A stretch of DNA of 64,000 bases. It comes from Candidatus Hydrogenedentota bacterium. GTDB taxonomy: Bacteria; Hydrogenedentota; Hydrogenedentia; Hydrogenedentales; JAEUWI01. The stretch covers positions 192,001-256,000 of the forward strand of contig JAXMOL010000001.1 in the NCBI GenBank assembly GCA_034669905.1, read 5' to 3'. Of this stretch, positions 1-8,851 are shown piece by piece; positions within the stretch are counted from its first letter, which is position 1; the number at the start of each line of letters is the position of its first letter. A program made the translations under genes and the position numbers. The notes under the pieces were generated by a model that saw only the letters and a program-made list of their open reading frames with translations, was not told the DNA's origin and made no database searches.

Positions 1-321
1 GACCTTCGGCTCTTTCAGCATCATCTTATGGTGATAGTGATAGACCTCGCCCCCCAGCAGTTGCTCCATGGGGATAACCATTTTCTCTGAACGGACGATG
101 GCACTGTACATGTCGTCTTCGAGGGTGTTGCAGACCGTCAGCCGGGTGGTAAACCCATCGGCATCCACCCGATCGATGGCGCCACTGGCGATGGCCTGAT
201 CGGTTTTGGCGATGTTATAGAGCAGCCCTACTTCTTCGGAATCGAAATAGCCCTTCTTGAGCAAACATCCGGTTTCCTCGAACTCCGCCACCTCTTCGGC
301 ACTCAACCTCGCGTCACGCAT
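1..321 (-). CDS. Phytanoyl-CoA dioxygenase (PhyH) family Fe(II)/2OG dioxygenase, 5' part only (runs off window start)
   Basis: Manual translation from ATG at 321: MRDARLSAEEVAEFEETGCLLKKGYF...LLGGEVYHYHHKMMLKEPKV; GAGGTG RBS upstream; missing from ORF track because it is truncated. Confidence 0.8.
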   Translation of the reverse strand, partial: MRDARLSAEEVAEFEETGCLLKKGYFDSEEVGLLYNIAKTDQAIASGAIDRVDADGFTTRLTVCNTLEDDMYSAIVRSEKMVIPMEQLLGGEVYHYHHKMMLKEPKV

Positions 322-497
322 ACTGTCACCTCACTGTTAGCTTCGGGGGATTTTCCATAGTATTGACGAATCGGCTGGAGAACTTCCAGCAGTAGTCTTA
401 GTTTACTTCATTGGCTCAGTTTCGTATCATAACCCGCTGTGGGAGTAACGGGGTGGAATGTAGTGGTGCTCCCTGGACCTCTTTGCAGGGGAGTGCA

Positions 498-3293
498 ATG
501 CGATCGGTACGAGTTCTTTTGCCCATAGCCCTCATGGCCTTGATAACGGGGGCCCTGGGCACGGTATGGATCCTCTCAGACTACTACAATCGAAAGAATA
601 CCGAGCAGCTCGCAACACGCATTCAGCAGGAGCTCGCCCACCGCATCCATGCGCGGGTCAGCGCGGTCATGGCCACTCCCCATCGGCTGAACGCGACCAT
701 GGCCCAAATCCTTCGCCCGGAATCCATCGACGCCTCACGGGCCGACACCCTCAACCATTACTTTCGCGCTGTGCTCAGTTCCTACCCCTACCAGAACGCC
801 GTCTTCCTGGGGGCGCCCGATGGGGCCATGTATGGCGCCCGCTGGTCCACGGATCACCAGCATTGCGAAGTGATGATCGGCAATGCAGATACAGATGGAA
901 CGCTGTCGTACTACCAGGTCGATCGTGACGGCAAACCGACCACCCTGGTGGAGCGTGCCGAAAACTACGACCCCCGGAAACGGACGTGGTATCAGGAGGC
1001 CCTCGCGGCGGATAAACCCGTGTGGAGCCCCATTTACCTCGATTTCGTCACGGAAAACCTGGTGATGACGGCGGCCCAACCCCTCTACACGTCGGACGGG
1101 GTCTGTTTGGGGGTGCTGGGCACGGGCATCCAGTTTCAGCAAATCGATCAGTTTCTCCATGCGCTGGAAGTGGGCACAACGGGCATCGCGTACCTCATGG
1201 AACGGGATGGCACCCTGATCAGCGCCTCGACGCCCGACCCATCGGTGCGCCTTGCGGGAACGCCCCCCCAACGATTGGCCGCCCACGAAAGTCCCAATGC
1301 CCTGATTCGGCAGAGTGCAACGCAACTCGCCGAGCGTTTTGGCGCCATCGGGAATATTACCCGCACCGAAGCGGTGCCCATCTCCTTGGCAGATGGTATG
1401 GCCCTGGGCAGTGTCTTTCTCATTGGGGACGGCGCCGGCCTGGACTGGCTCGGGGTTATTGTCGTTCCCGAGTCGGACTACATGGCGGGCGTGGCGGAAA
1501 AGAATAAGGCCGCCCTTCTTGCGGTGTTGATGGTCGCATTGAGTGCCCTGCTGGCAGGTCTGGTATCCGCGCGCTTCCTGACGGGTCCCCTTACCCAACT
1601 GGCCCGAGCCACGGAGGGGATTGCCCGCGGGTCCTGGGACGCCCCCCTGGATGTACACCGCCGGGATGAATTTGGTGCCCTGGCCCGGGCTTTCGACGCG
1701 ATGCGGAACCAGCTCCGGCGGCGTATCGACGAACTCCAATCAACTCGCAACGCCCTCATAGAGAGCGAGGCCCGCTATGCCCGGGCCCAGGAAGCGGCAC
1801 GGGTGGTCACGTGGTACTGGAGTCTGGAACAAGAAACAATCCGCTGGACCGAGCAGGTGAACCCCATCCTGGTGGAGAATCCCGGGGAACACTGCATGTC
1901 CCCCCAGGAATACCTGGAAATTATCCATCCGGAAGATCGGGATTATGTGGCGACCTGTGCGGAAGAGGCCATCGCCGGGGCCTCTGAGTTCGATGTCGAG
2001 TATCGGCTGAACCGTGACGACGGTGCCACCCGCTGGGTCACCTCGAAGGGCGACGTGCTTCGCTCGGAAGACAACATTCCCATTGCGTTTACCGGGGTCT
2101 TGCTCGACATTTCCGAACGAAAGCGGCTGGAAGCCCAGTTGCGGGAAGCGCAAAAAATGGATGCGGTCGGCCGGCTGGCGGGCGGTGTCGCCCATGACTT
2201 TAACAATCTGCTGCAGGCCATCCTTGGATTCGCGGAGCTCGCTCGGGATGCCACGCCAGAATCCGATCCCGTCCATCAGGACCTGTCGGAAATCATCCAG
2301 GCGGGCAATCGGGCAACGGAACTCGTGGGCCAGTTGCTCGCCTTCAGCCGACGGCAGATGCTGAAGTTGGGCAACATCGAGCTGCGGGACGTGGTGCGGG
2401 ACATGGGCAAACTGCTCGGACGTCTCATTGACGAGACGATTGTACTTCGGGTGGAATTTGAGGCCCAGGACGCCGTGATTCGTGCCGACCGAAGTCAGGT
2501 CGAACAGGTGCTCATTAATTTGTGTATCAATGCGCGGGATGCCATGCCCGATGGGGGCACCCTGACGATTGCCATCAGCTCCCGGGCCCTGAGTGTCGAC
2601 GATTGCGCCACCCGGCCCTGGGCGCAGCCGGGAGACTACCACATTCTACGAGTCACCGATTCGGGCTGCGGGATGAGCCCCGAGATTCAGGCCGTCGTGT
2701 TTGAGCCCTTTTTCACCACCAAAGACGTGGGCAAGGGCACGGGACTTGGGCTGGCCACCGTGTACGGCATCGTGGAGCAGCACAAAGGGCTTCTCCACGT
2801 CACGAGCGCGCCGGGTGAAGGCACCACCTTTGAAATCTATTTTCCCGCCGCGGAAGGGCTGCCCACTACGAGCGTTGACGAAGCCCCCATCGCTGTTCCC
2901 CGCGGCGGAGAGACCATCCTCATCGCGGAAGACGACAGCGCGGTGCGCCAGCTGGCCAGCCGTATTCTTACCCAGGCCGGCTACACCGTGATGGCGGCAC
3001 GAGACGGACTCGACGCCGTCACGCTATTCGACGCGCACCGCGACGAAATCGGAGCGGCCTTTCTCGACGTCGTCATGCCCGGAAAAAGTGGCCGGGCCGT
3101 ATTCGAGCACATCCGCAAGGTCGCGCCGGAACTCCCCATCATGTTCGCCAGCGGCTATGCCGAAGGCCCGGTACACACGGACTTCATCCTCGAGAACGAC
3201 CTGAAGCTCATCAAGAAGCCCTACACGCCGCAGATTGTGCTCGCATCGCTCTATGAGATTCTGCATATCAACGACGACGGACCGCGGCGCTAA
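498..3293 (+). CDS. Hybrid sensor histidine kinase (TM-Cache-TM-HAMP-PAS-HisKA-HATPase-REC)
   Basis: YDPRKRTWY Cache motif, HAMP (RRDEFGALARAF), H-box AGGVAHDFNNLL, N-box NLCINARDAM, FEPFFTTK, GTGLGL, C-terminal REC (DVVMPG); ATG 498 follows GGGGAG. Confidence 0.93.
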   Translation: MRSVRVLLPIALMALITGALGTVWILSDYYNRKNTEQLATRIQQELAHRIHARVSAVMATPHRLNATMAQILRPESIDASRADTLNHYFRAVLSSYPYQNAVFLGAPDGAMYGARWSTDHQHCEVMIGNADTDGTLSYYQVDRDGKPTTLVERAENYDPRKRTWYQEALAADKPVWSPIYLDFVTENLVMTAAQPLYTSDGVCLGVLGTGIQFQQIDQFLHALEVGTTGIAYLMERDGTLISASTPDPSVRLAGTPPQRLAAHESPNALIRQSATQLAERFGAIGNITRTEAVPISLADGMALGSVFLIGDGAGLDWLGVIVVPESDYMAGVAEKNKAALLAVLMVALSALLAGLVSARFLTGPLTQLARATEGIARGSWDAPLDVHRRDEFGALARAFDAMRNQLRRRIDELQSTRNALIESEARYARAQEAARVVTWYWSLEQETIRWTEQVNPILVENPGEHCMSPQEYLEIIHPEDRDYVATCAEEAIAGASEFDVEYRLNRDDGATRWVTSKGDVLRSEDNIPIAFTGVLLDISERKRLEAQLREAQKMDAVGRLAGGVAHDFNNLLQAILGFAELARDATPESDPVHQDLSEIIQAGNRATELVGQLLAFSRRQMLKLGNIELRDVVRDMGKLLGRLIDETIVLRVEFEAQDAVIRADRSQVEQVLINLCINARDAMPDGGTLTIAISSRALSVDDCATRPWAQPGDYHILRVTDSGCGMSPEIQAVVFEPFFTTKDVGKGTGLGLATVYGIVEQHKGLLHVTSAPGEGTTFEIYFPAAEGLPTTSVDEAPIAVPRGGETILIAEDDSAVRQLASRILTQAGYTVMAARDGLDAVTLFDAHRDEIGAAFLDVVMPGKSGRAVFEHIRKVAPELPIMFASGYAEGPVHTDFILENDLKLIKKPYTPQIVLASLYEILHINDDGPRR

Positions 3294-3296
3294 CAA

Positions 3297-3340
3297 GAAA
3301 AGCCCCGCATCTTGCTCAGGTGCAACATACGGGGCTTTTC
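3297..3340. terminator. Probable bidirectional intrinsic terminator
   Basis: GAAAAGCCCCG...CGGGGCTTTTC inverted repeat between convergent genes. Confidence 0.75.
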
Positions 3341-3354
3341 GGTGACTCAGCATA

Positions 3355-4311
3355 TCAGTTACATTCGGGCTCCAGCGGACCGGCAAGATCCTCCAGGTAG
3401 AACAGACGTCCCGGCAGCGTCGGCATATAGGTACTCGGGATCCAGGAGGTGGGCTTGTGGTGGAGGCTCATCCAGAGCGACATGCCCTGCCACATCATTC
3501 CCCGGCCCAGCGTGCCGTCGCAGCCGCCAATAATGCGGTTGGACATGAGGAAGAGTCCCGGCCCCACGGTGTTCGCGCGGGTGGGCACGAGGGTCGTCCG
3601 GCTCTTGAAGCTGGTGATGGCATTTTGCTCCACCGTCAAGGCACATAATTGGGCACCCAGGCGGTAGTCGGCTTTCTTCCATGCCGCCTCCGTCTTGTAT
3701 TCGGCGGCAAAGTGGGGTTCCCAGAAAGCGATGTGGCAGGCGCGCCCAATGCCAAACACGGTAACGAGATCGGCTCCCTTCTTTTTCAGGGCGCGGATTT
3801 TCTCACCGTACTTCGGGAGGTTCTGCTTCGTCGCGAAGTTCCGTTGCTTTTTCGGCACCGTCAACTTGCCAAGGGGACCATAGAAGGCCGCTTCCATCGC
3901 GTTTTGGAAGGCACCCGGATCGTTGGAGGGTAAGGTCTTCCCTTTTTCGTCGCTCCACTCGTCCATATTGAATCCGTGGACGTGTTTACAATCGACTTTC
4001 CATTCTTTCAGAAAGTAGACCGCCCAGCGATACATTCCCATGGGCCCGACCGGAAGAATAAAGGCGATTTGTTTCTTCTTCATCTTCGCTTCGAGAATCG
4101 CCAAGGCGATTTCGTGGCCCATCATGGTGTCGAAGTCTTCGAGCGTTGCACAAGGCACAGGCTCAAACTTCTTGTTCCACCACTTTTCCGGTTTGGTCAA
4201 CGTCTCCGGTTTTCTGCCACACAATTTGTCGATAGCGGCAAGATCCCACCCTTCCGGGAAAAATCCTTCCAGCAGCGACCCTTTAATGGTGCTCATAAGA
4301 TTGATAGCCAT
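3355..4311 (-). CDS. Glucosamine-6-phosphate isomerase/deaminase (NagB-like) family protein
   Basis: [14 protein letters not shown] and [14 protein letters not shown] motifs; start chosen at MAINL after GGAAGGA. Confidence 0.8.
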   Translation of the reverse strand: MAINLMSTIKGSLLEGFFPEGWDLAAIDKLCGRKPETLTKPEKWWNKKFEPVPCATLEDFDTMMGHEIALAILEAKMKKKQIAFILPVGPMGMYRWAVYFLKEWKVDCKHVHGFNMDEWSDEKGKTLPSNDPGAFQNAMEAAFYGPLGKLTVPKKQRNFATKQNLPKYGEKIRALKKKGADLVTVFGIGRACHIAFWEPHFAAEYKTEAAWKKADYRLGAQLCALTVEQNAITSFKSRTTLVPTRANTVGPGLFLMSNRIIGGCDGTLGRGMMWQGMSLWMSLHHKPTSWIPSTYMPTLPGRLFYLEDLAGPLEPECN

Positions 4312-4554
4312 ACGCGTCAAGTCCTTCCGCATTCTGCACTCTGCTTCGATTCCTTCGAAGGCGCACGCATCGTCGAGCGCGCCCGAATACCTCCATCATA
4401 ATGAATGCAATGCCCTGTTTAAAACTTGTGTTGCAGGGACGAAACGAAGGCCCGCTGGAGAATCCAACGGGCCTCGCTCAAAAACGCGCAAACGATCCGA
4501 TGGCTGATACACCAACCACCTGAATCGATTACGGTACAGGACCTATATAACGGG

Positions 4555-5124
4555 CTACTTTTTCTTAGAAGCGGCCTTCTTCTTGGCAGCCTTCTTTTTA
4601 GCAGCAGGCTTCTTCGTAGCGGCCTTCTTCTTGGCAGCAGGCTTCTTCGCGGCCGCCTTCTTCTTGGCAGCAGGTTTCTTCGCAGCGGCCTTCTTCTTGG
4701 CAGCAGGCTTCTTCGCGGCCGCCTTCTTCTTGGCAGCAGGTTTCTTCGCGGCGGCCTTCTTCTTAGCAGCAGGCTTCTTCGCGGCGGCCTTCTTCTTAGC
4801 AGCAGGTTTCTTCGCAGCGGCCTTCTTCTTGGCAGCAGGCTTCTTCGCGGCGGCCTTCTTCTTAGCAGCGGGCTTCTTCGCGGCCGCCTTCTTCTTGGCA
4901 GCAGGCTTCTTCGCGGCGGCCTTCTTCTTAGCAGCGGGCTTCTTCGCGGCCGCCTTCTTCTTGGCAGCAGGCTTCTTCGCGGCCGCCTTCTTCTTCGCGG
5001 CGGGCTTCTTCGCAGCCGCCTTCTTCTTCGCGGCGGGCTTCTTCGCCGCTACCTTCTTCTTGGCAGCAGGCTTCTTCTTCGCTGCTGCCTTCTTCTTGGC
5101 AGCAGGCTTCTTCGCAGCGACCAT
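4555..5124 (-). CDS. Histone H1-like Lys/Ala/Pro repeat protein ([11 protein letters not shown])n
   Basis: 189 aa almost entirely K/A/P; AAGGAG RBS; synonymous third-position variation between repeats preserves the minus-strand protein. Confidence 0.85.
   Translation of the reverse strand: MVAAKKPAAKKKAAAKKKPAAKKKVAAKKPAAKKKAAAKKPAAKKKAAAKKPAAKKKAAAKKPAAKKKAAAKKPAAKKKAAAKKPAAKKKAAAKKPAAKKKAAAKKPAAKKKAAAKKPAAKKKAAAKKPAAKKKAAAKKPAAKKKAAAKKPAAKKKAAAKKPAAKKKAATKKPAAKKKAAKKKAASKKK
4563..5118. repeat. Coding tandem repeat, 33-bp unit, about 16-17 copies
   Basis: Unit GCCTTCTTCTTGGCAGCAGGCTTCTTCGCGGCC with wobble variants. Confidence 0.95.
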
Positions 5125-5164
5125 GTCATTTCTCCTTTTCTTACTTCACCGTAGTACCACTTAA

Positions 5165-5480
5165 TCGATGGCAAATACCGTTCGGCAACGGGCCGAATCG
5201 TGCCAGCCTTCCGGTTTCCGCGAAGCGGAAGGACATTTGAGCAGGCGCACGTCCTGCGGTAGTGACTGTTGGTGGGCAGCACGAATTCAAGGGGAAGAAT
5301 TCTGTCTGCCGATTAGATGAAAAGAATGTGCTAGCGAACTGCTTGAATCGCTTTGGCACCGGGCTCTCCCAGCCCTTTCGAAACATGGTCCGTAGTTCTG
5401 CTCCGTTGTAAGTTCATCGCCGATCGGCGCGGTAACGATGACCGGTTGCGATGGAGTAACACGAAACGAACCATGTTCTA
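5165..5480 (-). other. Long, multi-hairpin 5' leader or candidate structured RNA upstream of the histone-like gene
   Basis: Stems: 5382-5393/5466-5477, 5361-5375, 5275-5310, 5207-5232, 5169-5205. Confidence 0.45.
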
Positions 5481-6643
5481 ACGTTGCGAATTCAAATTTC
5501 CTCTTACGATTGTGTAACAGACAACGGGCGAAAAGGCAAGTGTTTTTTCAAAAGAGATCGAAAATTTTCATTCGAAACACGCCGTAACATGCCCGCAATA
5601 CCGTTACCTACGTGCTGCCTTGCTATCCCATTTGTATACTGTGGCACGCCACGATCCGCCCACAGAAACGTCGCGCTACTCCGGTGCGATGACGCCGTCG
5701 CGGGCACCCGGCAAGGACGCTCCTGGTACGGGGCCGCCCCCCGTTTCCAGCGACTATTCCCTGCTTCTTCTCCGTGTTTGCTGGAAGACTCCACGCCTTC
5801 AAGAAAGGTTTAGCCGCCCAACGCATGCGCCGCTTTTGGTCAATCCAATCTCGCCAACACCCTTTATTTACAGGCCTTTTGCAACAATCCATCGCAACAA
5901 TTTAATCTCACCTTCGTGCAGGGCCACTGCATGTCCGCGTGCCACGGTCGCCTTTTCACTGGTTGTTTTCTTGCGATGCAAAGCGCGGGTCCATTCGGTG
6001 CGAAACGCCCTCAAGCGCGATGGGCAGTGCTGAAAAACAGGTCGTGCACGACACCAACGTGCAAGGCTGGTTCTTACCTTTTCGATGCGTTGCCGAAGCA
6101 CGTCACAGGACGCGCCGCGCAACAATAAAAACTTCCTGAAAAATATTTTTTCGCCGAAGCTGTGCGATGACGCAAATCGGACCCGAGAACGCAGAAGCGA
6201 TACGAAGGAAACGAAGCATTCGAAACCGTGGAGAGACAGACCACACGCAGATTGATGCGGCACCTGTGTCCCCCCTTCGACCGCGATGATGAAGCCCCGT
6301 CAGTCGTCCGAGAAAAAGAAGATACACGTCTTCCATCGTCCTGATTGGCACCGTGAACGGTCACTCCGCGGACCAGGTGTTTTCTCGCTGGTCACGGTCA
6401 CGTGCAACGCGGAAGTGCGGTCGGCAGAAATGACACCCCTGGCCACACTGCCCGCCGATCAGCATTCGAAAATCCGTGGCGTCCTGGTAAAGGCGGGACT
6501 GCCAGCCCGGCGGGCAATTTTGCAGCCCGGGAAGGGTTTGGAGGCCGCCCCGCATGAAGAACGCGACGTGGTGCACTACCACGCCGCGTTCGATGGACAT
6601 CAGGGCTATTGGTCGGGCGATACTACCCGTTGGATGGGCCAAT

Positions 6644-8839
6644 TCAGGCCGTGGAAAGGACCTCCTGCTCCCGCAGCAAGCCGTAGTGTTCCAGGCCCTC
6701 CATGATTCCTGCGGCATATTCCGCCTTCGCAAAGTAGACCCGGGTACCGTTCTTACGGAGGGTATCGAGTTCTTTCGCGTAGTTACCCACCGCGATGCCG
6801 CAGGTACGCCCTTTCAGCATATCGAGGTCATTTCCGGAATCACCTGCGGTGGCGATGTTTTCCAGGGGGATATTCCACTTATTGGAGAGAAAGCGCACCG
6901 CTTTTCCCTTGGAAGCACGAAGGGGAAGCACATCGACAAAGACGTCGTGGGAAAAAATTACCGTATGGGGCACACCACTCCGTCCCAGCGCGTCATAGAT
7001 TTTCGGCAAGGCCACCTCTGAGGGGGTACCTTTGTCGAGATCGTAGCTGATTTTAAATTCACGTTGGGTCTCGGCGTCTTCCTGCATGGTCAAGAACGGC
7101 AGGGATTCCAGGGCCGCGCGCACCCGTTCCGGTTTCCACTTGTTGCGCAGGTGGCTGGCCCATCCCTTATCCCGCGTCAGGTTTTTGCCATAGTAAATCT
7201 CGGCACCAACGGACGCGATGACCACATCGAGCCCTTCTATCTGGTGCTCCTCCACCACCTCCGTAATCATATCGAGGTGACGGCCCGATGCCACCCCAAA
7301 GCCAATGCGGTGGCGATGCTCCTTCATGAAGGCCAACAGGCGTGCCATGGCGTCATCATCACCCAACAGGGTATTGTCGATGTCGGTAATCAACAGGGCC
7401 TCCAGCTCGGCGAGGCGGCGGCCCGGTGCGTTCCGGCTGTGCTTCTTGGGAAAGCTGGTCTCGGGGGTGGCTTCTACCAGTTTCCCCACGGCAGCAAGGT
7501 AGTCTTCGCAGTGTTTCTGCCAGGAATAGTGCTCGCGCACGCGATTCACCCCGTTGTCACTGAATTGCTGCCACTTTTCCCGGTCCGTGAGAATCGTTTT
7601 GATGGCCTGCCCGATTTCCTCGGGTTTGTGCACATCAACGAGGAGACCACACTCGCAGTTTTCGATAATATCCTGGGGACCACCGTTTTCCGTCCCGACA
7701 ATCGGAAGCCCACAGGCGGCCGCTTCGATGTAGGTCAGGCCAAAGGGCTCCACGAAGGCACTGTTCACAAAAACTCCGTGCTTGGAGGCCGCCAGGCGGT
7801 AGAGTTCGGGCACATCCACCTCCGACTCATGGTTCTTCGGCACGGCCATCTTTCCGTAGAGGTCGTAACGATCCATCATGAGCAACATGTCGGTCAGTAC
7901 CTGTTGCTCCGCTTCGGGCATGTCGGTGATGGACTTTCGAATACCGGCGAAAATCGCGAGGTTGGCCAGGGCCTGCAGTTCTTTGTCCTGTCCGTAGGCC
8001 TCCACCAGGGCGTTGATATTCTTTCGCTTATCCGGACGGCAAAGCGCGAGGATAATCGGACGGTCGGCATTGAAATGGAAGCGCTCCAACTCGCCCTGCA
8101 TCCGCATGCGGGCCTGTTTCCAGTATTCGCCCACGTTGTCGGGTGCCACTTCGTATTCGTAGTAGGGAAAGAAGCGCTCCAACTCCGTTCCCGGGGGTAT
8201 GACGGCGAATTCCGGGGCCTCGCCGTTGTAGTAATGCTTGTACTGGGTGTCTCGCTCGTGCCGCGTGCTGGTAACGACCAGATCGGCGCTGGCGAGGGAC
8301 TTTTCCTCGGCATCGATCCGGCGGTCGATATTGAATTCCTTATTCATCTGCTCACTGCTCCAGCCCTGAGAGACAAGATAGTTTTTCTTGTCCCTTCCCA
8401 GGCTGTGCCCCGTGAAGACAAAGGGCACGCCAAAGGCAGATGACACTTCCGTGGCGATGTAGCCGGCGTCGGCATAGTGACCGTGAACCAGGTCGGGCAC
8501 CCGGCCTTCTTTCCGAATGAAGGTAATCATGGCGTCGGCAAAGTCGTCGAGAAAAGGCCAGAGCCGTTCCTTGCGCATGTAGCGCCCCCCGCCACAGGGC
8601 AGGCGAACGATGCGGCAATTGGGACCAATCTCCTCAATGTCTTCACCGTATTCGGGCTCTACCCGCTTGTCACGAATGCGGCGGGTAAAGAGGTCGACTT
8701 TGGTCACCCCGTCCATCTTACCGAGGGTTCGGGCCAGTTCGAGCACATAGCGGACCTGCCCACCGGTGTCGGAGTCCCGCCCCATCTCGATCTTTTCACC
8801 GCGGATGAGGCCATGGATGCTGATTAACTGAATATACAT
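6644..8839 (-). CDS. sps: Sucrose-phosphate synthase with C-terminal HAD (SPP-like) domain
   Basis: ISIHGLIRG, GRDSDTGGQVRYV, HGHYADAG, TGHSLG, EPFGLT; HAD motifs DIDNTL, KGKA, GDSGND. Confidence 0.95.
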   Translation of the reverse strand: MYIQLISIHGLIRGEKIEMGRDSDTGGQVRYVLELARTLGKMDGVTKVDLFTRRIRDKRVEPEYGEDIEEIGPNCRIVRLPCGGGRYMRKERLWPFLDDFADAMITFIRKEGRVPDLVHGHYADAGYIATEVSSAFGVPFVFTGHSLGRDKKNYLVSQGWSSEQMNKEFNIDRRIDAEEKSLASADLVVTSTRHERDTQYKHYYNGEAPEFAVIPPGTELERFFPYYEYEVAPDNVGEYWKQARMRMQGELERFHFNADRPIILALCRPDKRKNINALVEAYGQDKELQALANLAIFAGIRKSITDMPEAEQQVLTDMLLMMDRYDLYGKMAVPKNHESEVDVPELYRLAASKHGVFVNSAFVEPFGLTYIEAAACGLPIVGTENGGPQDIIENCECGLLVDVHKPEEIGQAIKTILTDREKWQQFSDNGVNRVREHYSWQKHCEDYLAAVGKLVEATPETSFPKKHSRNAPGRRLAELEALLITDIDNTLLGDDDAMARLLAFMKEHRHRIGFGVASGRHLDMITEVVEEHQIEGLDVVIASVGAEIYYGKNLTRDKGWASHLRNKWKPERVRAALESLPFLTMQEDAETQREFKISYDLDKGTPSEVALPKIYDALGRSGVPHTVIFSHDVFVDVLPLRASKGKAVRFLSNKWNIPLENIATAGDSGNDLDMLKGRTCGIAVGNYAKELDTLRKNGTRVYFAKAEYAAGIMEGLEHYGLLREQEVLSTA

Positions 8840-8851
8840 TGAGGGTTCCCT

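Noticed and set aside
4563..5118. 33-bp repeats as a CRISPR array
   Set aside because: Contiguous units without unique spacers, variation at codon wobble positions, and no cas genes
4426..5164. Plus-strand ORFs of 242 aa (Leu/Arg/Gly) and 193 aa (Ala/Phe)
   Set aside because: Antisense shadows of the stop-free 33-bp repeat; the RBS supports the minus-strand Lys/Ala protein
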